A stretch of DNA of 47,081 nucleotides, the filler included, from Jimgerdemannia flammicorona (lineage: Eukaryota): NCBI GenBank assembly GCA_003990765.1. It is 2 parts of 2 records of this genome, joined end to end, with 100 filler letters (N's around TTAATTAATTAA, not from the genome) between each part and the next. Parts side by side here need not be neighbours in the genome. Positions count along the whole stretch, not along the records: positions 23,598 to 47,081 come from RBNJ01001101.1; 1 more part is not named here. One strand, given 5' to 3'. Both the position numbers and the translations under genes were made by a program. Positions 23,960 to 35,469 of the stretch are shown in pieces; position 1 is the first letter of the stretch; each line of letters begins with the position of its first letter. The notes under the pieces were generated by a model, which made no database searches, was not told where the DNA came from, and worked only from the letters and a program-made list of their open reading frames with translations.

Positions 23960-26150
23960 ACTATGTAGATTAGCTTAAGCCTCCAGTTATTTTGTTAAAA
24001 AGTAATAAAATGTTTTATAATTTCTGATATTCTTGGTATTTAATAGTATAATAGACAAATCTAGATATAGCAGTCAATTTTCTTTTTGGAATGAGTTCTT
24101 GAGAATGATAGCAATTTATATAATACAGGCAATCTGGCTTTTCTCTTTAGATGATAGCAATCTCTCTATATAGTATAAGCAGTTTCCTTATATAATTTCT
24201 ATATAAAAATCTAATATAGTATAAGTGGTTTTTAAAAGTATGTAATTTCTGTATGATAATCTTAGTGATCTAGTATAATATAATGAATTTAGTAGTATTC
24301 TGCATTAGGTAGATTTAGTAGATAACTCAGTTTGATAAAAAACTTAGTTTAGCAGATAACTTAGTTTGACAGAGAACTCAGTTTGATAGATAACTTAGTT
24401 GATAGAGAACTCAGTTTGATAAATAACTCAGATAACTTAGATAGTACAAATTCTTCCTAAATTAGTAGACTTCTCTTCTTAACTAATAAAGTTATATCAA
24501 AGACTACTTTATTTATATGTATAAGGCTATTGTAATATGCCTGGCTCAATAGAGATAAATTATAAAATTGGGAATTGATATAGTTTGGCTTGAGCCCCCA
24601 GTTACTTTGTTAAAAATAACAAAATGTTCTTAGTATTTAGTAGTATAATAGTCAAAGCTAGATATCTATGAGTGATTTATATGCGAATTTTCTAATTGGG
24701 ATAGTTCTCTGGGTGTAGTGGTGATTGGTATGTGTGTGTGATACAGGTGATTTGGTGTAGCATGACAATCTCTATATATGACAGTCTGGCAATTCAGCAG
24801 TTCTCCTTCTTGAGTAACAAGTGATCTCTGTGTAGTATGACAATCTCCAAAAGTAGGTAATTTTTGGGTAATGGTCTTGTTTCCAAAAGTATATAATTTC
24901 TGCATAATGATCTTTATATAGTATGATAATCTTCAAAAGTATGTAATTTCTGGTAGATATCTTGACTCAGATGCTGATTTACTGAGAATAGAGGATGGTA
25001 CAGATTCTTTCTGAATTGGCAGCTTACTGGGAATAATACTGATAGTGGATAACTCAATAACTCAGATAGTATGGATTCTTTCTGAATTGGCAGACTCTCT
25101 GGGAAATAACTCAGATTCTTGACAAAGTTATGTCAAAGACTGACTTTATTTGTGTGAATGAATTACTGTAAAGTTGCATCAGGAGACTGACTTTGTAGCA
25201 AGATTCCTTAAGAGTTCTCTGGGAATATGGGTTTCTCTTCAGACTTATCTGACAAGCAAACTAAAATATAGTAGACTTCTCTTGAAAATGGTGGCTTATT
25301 CCTTAAGTGACAGATTACTTAAATGACAGTAAAGTTCTTTTTGAACTTGATGGTAAACTTCAGACTTATCTGATAAGCAAATCAAGACTTTATATTAGAA
25401 AGTAGACCAGAGTGGAAAGGAGACCAATGCTCAATCTTTAGAGGCTTCTTTGGTGTTTATATTCCAGACTGAGGTTTATTCACTCTTGTCTCTAGGGTAT
25501 TTTATATATTGTAATTGCTATCTGATTACTATATAGCTAACTATAGATTGCTATCTATAGCAGGTATGCTGGTTTAGCACAGGTGTGCAGGTCTAGTATA
25601 GGTATATAGATCTAGTATAGGTATGCAGATCTTGTACAGATATACCTTATCTAATAGTCTGGCTATTTATACAGTTTTCTGTAGTAATAATTGCTATGTC
25701 TGGTTACTATGCTATATGTTCATGTCATCTGGCTAAGTTATAATTTGGATGGTATATTTTGGTTTATCATACTATATTGAGAGACTGACTTTACTGTAAA
25801 GATATATCTTATACTAGACTAGTTTTATAGTAAGATATAGACAGATTTATTAAATAGCAACTCTTTCTTAAATAATAGATTACTCAAATAGCAGTAAAGT
25901 TCTTCACTCAAACTTGGTAGTAAATCTTGAATTTGGACTCATTCTTTATATCAGAAAGTAGACTAGAGTAGAAAATAGCTCACAACTTCTTAGTAATAGC
26001 TTGTTAGCAGATTTCTACTCCTAAGTATATTGGACAAATGACTTTTACTTTGATTTTTAGACTGAGATCTATTTACTCTTATCTTTAGAGTATTTTATAT
26101 AATTATAATTACTATCTTAGTTACTATCTAAATAATTATAAAATATATAG
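23960..26150. repeat. Two pairs of diverged ~600-bp tandem duplications (23960-24540 / 24580-25170 and 25180-25540 / 25780-26140), AT-rich
   Basis: e.g. GCTTAAGCCTCCAGTTATTTTGTTAAAAA vs GCTTGAGCCCCCAGTTACTTTGTTAAAAA; AGACTGAGGTTTATTCACTCTTGTC vs AGACTGAGATCTATTTACTCTTATC. Confidence 0.75.
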
Positions 26151-26773
26151 TATAGCTAATTATGATGTATGACTTCTTTTATATTCTCAGAGTTCAGTAT
26201 CTTTAGGATATAGTATCTTTAAGATTCAGTTATCTTAATCTAAATATTTATACTATTTATATAATTTTTATAGTAACTAGATAACTATATAGGTAAACTA
26301 TAATATACTAAGTATTTATATTATTTGATTATACTATATTATTTATATATTATAATAGATATTAGTTTTTATGAAGAAAAAAATATAAATAATAATTATA
26401 TATAATTTAATAATATTATTATAAATAAATAAATAATATATATATTAAATAACTTAAATATTGAGCTATAGTATAAGTTAAAATATATAAACTATAGTAT
26501 AATATAGCAAAATATTATTTAATTTATTTACTGTAATAGTGACCCCAGAGTGATAACATTAGTACAGAAGACAGCCTTTCCTTACAAGCTACCAGATTGG
26601 AGCACAAGAAGATTATACAGCATATAAGATGAGCAATGATGACCAACTGTGAGTTATTGTGACCACAATATAAGCATTCTGAGGAATATAAAAGAAGGAT
26701 TAAGGAATCGCAGTAATAGTCACCAATAAGACCCACTAATCCCAAAATAGCTCAAAGACTCACTATAAATGAA

Positions 26774-27631
26774 ATGCCTGCTATCTGCCAAACCTCAAGA
26801 TTAAGGAATTATCAAGGTACCTCAGTTGAAGAAAGGATGTTCCAAGACATCAGAAGAGCCATGAGGATCTGCTCAAGAAGGACTCCTAGTGTCAACCTGG
26901 GTACTAGTGACCCTTATCACTATATCCTCTACTGCTGTGAAATGGAAACAAGGATCATCATTGCTACTGAATGCCTCCAAATATGGCAGGAGTATGAAAT
27001 AGGAAACCTTCTCTGCCAGAAGTTCTCACAGGCCAGCCCTCAAGAGCTATAAGATACCACTCCTATGGATATATGTAAAGCAAAAACAGCTAAAAAGATC
27101 TATCAGATCTTCAGACATGCACCATGGTTGATCTCCAACTTAGAGTATATTAGAGTCTCAGATTTCAGAGACCTGTCATCCCACCATATCAATGCACTAG
27201 AAGTCAGAGTGGCTACAGAAGCCCAGTCTACTATCACCCTCAATAGTGATAAAGTAGAAGACTTCTGGCATCCCATCCTTCAGGACAATCCAGACCAATT
27301 TCTACAAGGATTAATCTCAGTATTCTAAGGCCCAAGCATCTAGGTTAGACCTTTCCAAGACCCCACATTTGTTCCCTATTTTGTGGAAGAGAACCTCATA
27401 GACTGGAGAGCTCCAGATCTCCTTGTTTCTGATTTCCCCATCACCAAACATAATGACATTATTGGTGATGACATCATCTCATGCGACATATGTGAGATAT
27501 ATGATGAAGTATACAAAGTACACAAAACATGTGACCTATATGATGAATTCATAGACCTCATCTCCTTCAAAGATATCCTGACCTCTGACGATGAGGATGA
27601 AGCCCCCATGGTCCTGAACTTTCTGCTCTAA
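26774..27631 (+). pseudogene. Degenerate ORF of unknown function, probably TE-associated
   Basis: Three consecutive protein-like ORF fragments in CpG-depleted sequence immediately before an LTR-like element. Confidence 0.4.
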
Positions 27632-27637
27632 GTTCTT

Positions 27638-28102
27638 TGTTACACTAAATAATGCCAGCACTGGCATTCTGAGGTAACACTGAATAATGCCAGCACCAGT
27701 ATTCTGAGGTAATACCAAATTATACCAGTATTCTGAATCTGTACAACCATCAGTGCCAACCCTGGAACTTAGTAGTTTTTCTCTCCTGGTATTTTATTTT
27801 AGTTATTGGAATTTATATTTAGCTTTATATCTTAGCAATCATTGAATTATATTTTGTATAAATACTTCTCTTATTTCCTCTAAAATAAATTCAGTCAATT
27901 CAGTTCCAGTTCACTTATACACACTTTCTTGCAAGCAATCTAAGAGATAACAAGACAGTTAAAGATAAGAAGTTTGAGGACTATAAGACCTTAGAAAGGC
28001 ACTCCAATAAGAACTTACTTATAACAAACTTGAGTTAGTCTAAGAGATACACCTTGAAGAGAATCTGGTATATTTGAAAAACTCAGTGACTACTATGTGA
28101 CA
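27638..28102 (+). repeat. LTR-like element distantly related to the Gypsy A LTR
   Basis: TGTTACA...TGTGACA termini; TGTATAAATAC...AAAATAAA..TCAGT and AAGACCTT..AAGGCACT..TACTTATAA blocks shared with 3361-4150; no clean TSD. Confidence 0.55.
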
Positions 28103-28679
28103 TTACTTAGTATATATATAAATATAAAAGTATAACTGATGTTTTGTTTTAAGTCTGAATAAATTGTAAATTATATTTTATCCTAGTATTTTGATAGTAA
28201 ATAAAATATAAGTTATATCTATATCTGATTTAGTTTAATAATACTTAGTCAAACTAGTATATATTAATTAGCTAATATATATATAAATATCTTTAATAGT
28301 AAATCTGAAATAAATTAATTTTTAATCTTAGTTCAGTATAGTTCCTTATATATATGTATATATATTTCTAAGTTCTTAATAATGATATATATCTAAGTTA
28401 CTCTAGATTTCTAACTAAACTCTAAAAGTCTAGCTATATAACTTCTGTTTTATTAAAAACTAATATATAAATCTTTTGAAACTCCTTGAAAATATAAATT
28501 ATAAGAGATTTAGTTTATATATAGTAAAAATATAGTTATATAAATATATTAACTATTTCTGCTATAAAAAACTATACTTCTTTATCTAAGAAAGAAGTAA
28601 TAGGAAGATCTTTTGAATTATATATATCAAGTTCTTTAATAATACATAAGTTCTAAAAAAGCTTATTATTATACTTATT

Positions 28680-28980
28680 CACTATCTCTTTATTATCTTT
28701 ACTGAGAACTCTCTTACTATCTTCTCTTTGTTATCTTTTTTTTACTATCTTCTCTTTACTATCTTTTCTTTACTATCTTCTCTTTACTGTCTTTTTTTTT
28801 TCACTATCTTTTCTTTAATGTCTTCTCTTTACTATCTTCTCTTTACTATCTTTTCTTCACTATCTTTTCTTCACTGTCTTCTCTTCACTATCTTCTTTTA
28901 CTATCTTCCCTTCATCATCTTCTCTTCTCTATCTTCTCTTTACTGTCTTTCCTTCACAATCTTCACCAAGATCACCTTCT
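28680..28980. repeat. Degenerate ~14-bp tandem repeat (CTATCTTCTCTTTA)
   Basis: About 20 imperfect units read directly. Confidence 0.85.
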
Positions 28981-29952
28981 TTACCCCTTTGTGTGACCAA
29001 AATCGCCTTTGACAATGGAGTACAAGGTAAAGTCAGGGAATTGAGATGCAAGAGAATGGCTCGAAATGTGATGAACTGCATGACATAGGTACTCGAGCCC
29101 TGACCTGGAAGTAGCTGGTAATATACTTGCAGATCGTCAGCGTCTTGCCAAGCTCCATCTAAGCACCAACGGCGAGGTTTGGGCACAACTCATATGTATG
29201 CATAGGGGAACGGAGTAGATAATCTTTGAATCTGGCAATGTCTCGAACAGAGCGGAACAGATAAGGCTGAACTTTCCTGCACGGGTTCTTCGGCACGTCA
29301 GCTTCGATGAAGCGAGATTTGCGGAGCGCATATCGGCAGAAGCACACGTAGTGCGTCAATGGCCGCAGGCGGTCAAACATCTGGTCCAATGCCAGCGAGA
29401 TGTCGGCGTTGGAACGGATGGATCTTTCCAGAGGTTGGTGGCGAGCTCCGTATTATTGATGTCGAGAAAGCCATGGTTTTTAAAAGGCAAGATCATGCAA
29501 TAAGCAAACATCACCAAATTACTAATTTGAGCGGAAAGATCTCTTTGAAACGGGCAGCATCTTCGCTCCGCTGTTGCGCAGCGGTTGTATGTCATCTGCG
29601 AGATTAGAGATATACGAGGACTATTAACCTTAAAAAGGCTTTTTGATCGCCTTTGAAAACTATCTTATGCTATGTATATACACCTTATCTTCTCTTAAAA
29701 TAAGAAAAAATATTATTCAATCAATATAAAAATATCCAAATACTTCTCATCACGAAAACGTCATTTACACAAAATTTGCAAATTCATTTACAAACTTGAC
29801 TATTAAACAAGTAAATGCTTTTATTATTCCCCTCAAAGAGAATGAATATAGAATTACAACAAATTGCATGCTTTAATAGGCCGCCCAGAACTCGGCCATG
29901 AGCAACTTTGCGATCTTGACGTGCCCTTTTTGCGTGGCGAAGTGAAACGGCA

Positions 29953-30649
29953 TCAATTCATAGTCATTTGGCGTTGGCGTCCGGCCTCAAGTATCCTCAC
30001 AACCTCGCGGTGTCCTTTGTATGTGGCGGTGCGAAGCGGCGTCCATCCATCGTTGGTCTTGGCGTTGACGTCCGCCTTAGAGTCGCCCTCACAATATCGA
30101 CGTGCCCGTTCCGCGCAGCCAAGTGAAGCGGCGTCCATCCTTGGCGTTGGCGTCCGCCTTGGAGTCAGCCAAGAACAATCTCACAATATTGACGTGCCCA
30201 TTGTCTGTAGCCCAGTGAAGCGGCGTCCATCCATCGTTGGTCTTGGCGTTGGCGTCCGCCTTGGAGTCGGCCAAGAGCAACCTCACAATATCGACGAACC
30301 CGTTCTGCGCGGCATGGTGAAATGGTGTCCATCCAGAATGATTTTTGGAGTTCGGGTCCACGCCAAAGTCGATCGCGAACAACCATACAACTTCGGTGCG
30401 ACCGCTACCTGCGGCAAGGTGCAGCGGTGTCTCACCATACAGGTCGATTTTGGAAATATCAGCATTGCACTCAGACAACAGAGATTCGATTAGGTCAATA
30501 TGACCGCTTTGCGCAGCCACGTGCCCCCGAACACTGACGTCACTGATATTCGTAAAGAGTGATCTGACCATCGCTACATCACCACCTTTTGCAAACCGAT
30601 GGATGAGCGGGAGAGAAAGGTCGAACTTGTTCAAAAGTGGCGTCGTCAT
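29953..30649 (-). pseudogene. Ankyrin repeat region
   Basis: YGETPLHLAAGSG, GWTPFHHAAQNG, DGWTPLHWATDNGHVNIVRL; near-identical nucleotide repeats. Confidence 0.93.
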
Positions 30650-30939
30650 TATTCCTTCAACACCTTGAAGCTTTTGTTTCCAATAAGTCGCTTTTCCTCG
30701 TCCATGAAGCCTTCCCGGTAATAGAATGCGACCTCGTTTTGTGTTTGTTTGCTTCCCGCCTCTGCAGCCTTCAAGAACAAATCGAACGCCTTGTTTAAAT
30801 CTTGTTCAACTCCGCATCCCCCCTTATAACACGCAGCAAGCGCTATCTGCGCCTCCAAATGTCCGTTGTTCGCAGCCTTAGTGCACCACTCAATTTGCTT
30901 GGCTAGATCATTTGTAACACCAAATCCTACTCCGTACAT
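30649..30939 (-). pseudogene. Sel1-like repeats
   Basis: YGVGFGVTNDLAKQIEWCTKAANNGHLEAQIALAACYKGGCGVEQDLNKAFDLFLKAAEAG. Confidence 0.9.
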
Positions 30940-31331
30940 AGTGCGGTATAAAACTGAATTTCTGCATCATTCGGTAGGGTAGCCTTAACATTGACAAACC
31001 GGCGGCTGAGGAAGACGTGTAGGCGTGGATGCAGGCTATAAAACTCGGTTTCATTCTCAATAATGGTTAGGGCGCCAGTCACCGAGCATTTGGTCTTCTT
31101 CGTATTTTCGTCGGTTTAGCCACCTTCTTTGCCAAAGTTTGTGCAAATTTGTTGCCACATAGAATGTAGCAGGGTCATGGTTCAAAGCCTTGATGACGAG
31201 GTTGATGTAAATGGAACGTTCAATGCCCTCAACTGACCCAGAAATTCCGAAGCGCTTTGTCCAAGTAATCAAAACTGTACTTTATGCAGGCGTCTATCGA
31301 TTCGTGTTGGTCTTCAATAGATTCCGGATTC

Positions 31332-32040
31332 TCAGCCATCGGAAGCCGATCGCGAACCTCTTTGACGAATTGTCGGATGGGATCCATACATACTTCCAAG
31401 AAGGCGCAGCGACAATGGGTGACCGCCAGTTACACCGGAAAGCTCCTTTCTGCTTTCGTCGTCTATATTATCCTTTTCTGAGCGCTGGGTGATCCACTGT
31501 TCAAAACCCTGCACGCCTTCATGTGGGGCCATGCCAGCCTAATTGATCAAATGTTCTTTAGGCCAATTTAGTGCGACCCGTGATGTTGCGAGAATTTTGA
31601 CATTGTCGGGTAATGTTTTAAATTCTTTTTTCGCCTCTGAGTCTGTTCCTTTCGTCGCATGTTTGACAATTTGTGGTATTTGAAAGAATTTCATCAAACC
31701 CTTAGCCTTCTTTGCCTCTCCATCGATCGCATATTTGACGTCTTCCATGTTGTCGAGATAGAGTAAAATCGTCTCTACACCTTCCAAATTTTGAAGGACT
31801 TTAGACTGCATTTAAGCCCTTAGTGTCAATAGCGAAAAACTCTGCAATCTTCATGATCACTTGACTTGATCTTGGTGCTAGCGCAAGAGCGCTGCCAGAG
31901 TCGAAGTTCTTAAAAGCCTGAAGAGCCAAGGATGTTGCCGAATCCTTTGATCGTGATATAACATTCGTAGCCTTTGAGAAGTTTGTCCAATTTTTCGAGA
32001 TCCTCTGTGCGCCCAATGAAATATCCTTCCATGCAGACAT
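31332..32040 (-). pseudogene. Second STAND (NB-ARC-like) NTPase domain
   Basis: YFIGRTEDL, ITIKGFGNILGSS (degenerate Walker A), ILLYLDNMEDV (Walker B), KILATSR (sensor 1), GGHPLSLRLLG (GxP). Confidence 0.8.
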
Positions 32041-32343
32041 TGCCGTTACGTTTACGATAAGCCGTCTTCACCGTTTGGTTTTCGAGGTTTATATTTTCAT
32101 TCGACACTGTTGGTGTTTTGAAGACAGCTATGTCAGTTAAAGGCTTTAACAAATTGCTTCTATTAACTTTTTAACACAAAACAGTTCCCCCACCTGAGTT
32201 CGCGTACGCTTCCCCCATTGCTTAAAAATCTCTATCGGAAATGAATATAAATAATTATTTGGATTAACACAACAACAGTATAAAAGATATGGCATAATTA
32301 TGTAATTGAACAATTAGGATAACGGTACAAAAATTCAACTTAC

Positions 32344-32780
32344 CATAAGGTTCTTCTGTCCTAACTATCCAGTGTGTCTTTTCCAGATTTGGTCGCAATG
32401 CTTCCGTAGCTTTCTTCATCAGAGCTGAAGCAGTTGTTGTATGCAATTCTGGAAACTTGGCGTCACCATGGCTCAAACATAAAATGAACGGAATTTGATT
32501 TTCTCGTATGACTGGCATTATTTGCTCTTTGCAGAACTGAGCGATGCTATCATGGTTGCCTTCGGATATGTTGTATATGAATACAACCAATCGGCGAAAT
32601 GATGCATGCTGCCGTTCGGCCGGTTTGGCGGGGTGGTCGTCGTTAATGCCAGGAATATTGAAAATTCGAAGACTCGCATTTCCATTGGAGTAGTAGCTTA
32701 TGCCAAAACCTCTGGTCCTTAGCTCCCTATAGGCATTGGCTCGAAGTTTCGGAGTTGCCATTCCAACACCATGGATTTCA
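32344..32780 (-). pseudogene. Small-GTPase-like segment
   Basis: LRIFNIPG (G3-like DxPG), LVVFIYNIS, IPFILCLSHGD (G4-like); no clear G1 P-loop seen. Confidence 0.45.
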
Positions 32781-33224
32781 CTGTGATTAAGGTGGATATA
32801 TTTAGAACAAGCAGAAAGGAAACAACTAAATGATCTTGCTTCAATATGCGTGGACAACGCCGATTACCAAATTACCTGAGCGATTTAAGGATCGGCAAAC
32901 GCAGCCGGAATTTTAATATGGAATCACACTGTCTCACCACTTCTCTAAGAGCGAATTGAATCCTGTATTCTTCATCTCGTTTAGACAATAATCCGCGATC
33001 ATGTAGTTGTTGCAGATTGGTCGCAATTTTCTCACTAGAATCGATCCTAATTTTGAATGTATCGACGCATTCGACAAAATGACAAACGAATTCAAGCACT
33101 CCTTGCGTAATTGGTCCAGTGAAGAGAGAACACATATGCAGTAATTGGCACTCCAGCGGTAAAAGCGCGTTGATCGTTGATGGGAAGAGAGCGCCGAGGT
33201 TTGTACTCCCATTCGAGCCATTCG

Positions 33225-33960
33225 TTAGCAATGTACCGCAGTGTTCATGAACGAGTTCTCAAGCGACGTATTGAGATGTTGTGGTAGGCAAACTGCACGG
33301 GCAAGGGATTTCAGACACAGCGGATGTCCGTCAACGAGGCAGACGAGGTCGTGGAGAAACTGCTTGGTATTTTCCTTCTTCTCCATCCTACGCCTTATTC
33401 GAGCATCAAGATTTTGAATGTAATTACAACTTAACGTCACTGTCAATGTCCAAATCAGTTAAACCGTCGAGATGCATTGTTTCCTCCGCTGTCTAATTGA
33501 GACATTGTCGTGACGTTGCAAAATTTTTTACTACAATCCCTTGTTTCGATATAATTTTCAGAAGTCAGTCTACCAAAGCTACGGACCCCGTGTCGCCTTT
33601 GACTTGCGCGCGCTTCAAGATATCGGCTTGATCGAAGATCAACAAACTCGTCGGATGGCTCCAGAATTTTATGATGACGGCCTGTTCCAACTTGCGGAAG
33701 TCATCTCCAAAATCTTCCTGGAATAAGACCTGACTCAGACGTTGAAGATATTTGATAACCGATACCTCTTGCGAAGGATCGAACCGCCAAGCAAAAATCC
33801 AACCGGGGAAAAGATGCGCCGTCCTCCGGACCGCCATTTCAGCCAACGCCATTTTGCCCTGACCAGCGATGCCTTCGATGGTGTACATGGGACAAATCTG
33901 TGTTCCTCTCTCTGCCATACCCCTCAAAACGCGGGTTATTTCGATAAGCTTCTCCTTGCG
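33225..33960 (-). pseudogene. First STAND (NB-ARC-like) NTPase domain
   Basis: YFCGRKEKL, TIEGIAGQGKMALA (Walker A), SLLIFDQAD (Walker B), VDGHPLCLKSLA (GxP). Confidence 0.85.
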
Positions 33961-34099
33961 TCCGCAAAAATATCGCGTGAACGAGATCTCTTCGAGGTTG
34001 TGGTGAGACATGTGGGCTTCGATCGTGGGCTTTCCATCTCCGCACTTGAAGCACCATCCTCTTCCCGGAACGTGGACGAGTATTCCACCATGGCACCAG

Positions 34100-34450
34100 G
34101 GAAGTAATAGCGTTGCCGGGGGTCTTTTGAGTCTTTCATGGAAGCGCGCGCTTCCAACATCGCTGTTTCGACTGTGTATCCGCTGGCAAGGCACTGGTAG
34201 AATTTAGATTCGAACTTGCGGGCGAGGTCGTCAGGCAGGGGACAGTGTGAACCGATGGTGAATGGAATGCCGTTTTCGGCCAGGTCTCGGGCGACATGGC
34301 GAGTATCGCAGGCAGACAGAAAAGCTAGTCTGCACATTCATGGTATTGAGGTGCAACGCGTCAGCATATCTTCAAAGATGAGTGCCCTCGTACCATCGTT
34401 CTGCAAACCGCAGTGTCTCATGAAATGTATATAGTACCGTGGCCATCTCG
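34100..34450 (-). pseudogene. CHAT (caspase HetF associated with TPR) protease domain
   Basis: IHFMRHCG...ALIFED (His motif, manual translation) and LAFLSACDT...GIPFTIG...DDLARKFESKFYQCLASGYTVETAMLEAR (Cys motif). Confidence 0.85.
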
Positions 34451-34544
34451 TTTGCTCCTAAGCCACTCGTACATTTGGTAGACGGTCGGCGGGAGTACAA
34501 GTTGCAGTAATACGGTGCGGTTGTTTTCTCATACGCATCACATA

Positions 34545-34928
34545 ATGTCTGAAACTGATCGCTCAGATGCAGATCGGGAAATTTTTGGCGTTGGGATCGC
34601 TCGGCGGGATGATGACTACCAAAGCGCAGGCCGCCTCGCCTCTGCTACCACAACCCAAGGCCGCTCTGTCGCTGCTACCACCGTCAACGCAATGAGCATC
34701 CATCTCGGCGTGCGCCTGCCAAACATGGATGATGCGCAACCCGAGTGGTTGACCGCCTTCTGGGAGAACTACGTTGATGATGTCGACATGCGCCTCAAGC
34801 TCGTATTCCGCGCCATCCGCCTTTCGGGTTGCATGAACATCGATATTGCACGGCAGCTCTGGGAGATCGTGCGCACGCAGGCGACGCGAAATCAACGAGG
34901 GCAAATACGAATCCCCCCCAGGCGATGA
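34545..34928 (+). CDS. Hypothetical protein, possibly the N-terminus of the downstream JmjC-like gene
   Basis: 127-codon ATG ORF with protein-like composition, followed by low-complexity coding-like sequence. Confidence 0.35.
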   Translation: MSETDRSDADREIFGVGIARRDDDYQSAGRLASATTTQGRSVAATTVNAMSIHLGVRLPNMDDAQPEWLTAFWENYVDDVDMRLKLVFRAIRLSGCMNIDIARQLWEIVRTQATRNQRGQIRIPPRR

Positions 34929-35469
34929 CGTGCGGGTTGCAGTGCACCCATTGTGCAGCTGCACTAAAGAACAAGTCGGAGAACTAACAAGCGAATTTGG
35001 AGATTGACGTCGGGACGGAACCATCTCCGCCGGCGAAGAGGAAGCGGGACGATGTTGACCCGATCGGGGAGCCGGAGATGAATGAGGCCAGGGAAAAAGA
35101 ACGGAAAAGGTTCGCGACGAGACGGATTACCAAGAAGACGATGTTATCTCTTGCAAATCCGAGGTCGATCGCACGACCAAGCAAAAGCCCAGCTACCACT
35201 GCTCCACGCGTTTCCGGGTCACCATCCACCACAATCACAACCTCGAAATGATGGCGAGGTCTACGTTCGTCATCGACTCCGATAGGAAACCACCCTCTGA
35301 GCTCCAGCCTCGCGGTGCCAAGCGTCAGCGCGACGCTCCCGGATCTGCCAGCGGTGACCCCAGTGTCTCCCAAGGGTTCTTCGAGTTCTTCGAGCGATCT
35401 CAGCGCAAAGTGACGCAGATATGACGCCAACGGCGATGACCCGCAGGGACGAGCCGTTGAGAACGCGAA

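Larger units (their letters stand above)
29953..34470 (-). pseudogene. Multi-exon NLR-like gene: CHAT - STAND NTPase - GTPase-like - STAND NTPase - Sel1 - ankyrin, disrupted
   Basis: All domains collinear on the minus strand; GT-AG introns at 32875-32781 and 32343-32232; frameshifts and stops throughout. Confidence 0.72.

Noticed and set aside
28728..29012. Hydrophobic membrane-protein ORF
   Set aside because: It is a translation of the 14-bp pyrimidine-rich tandem repeat.
29137..29607. Gene fragments downstream of the ankyrin region
   Set aside because: Possibly a pseudogene, but I recognise no motif and cannot support a call.
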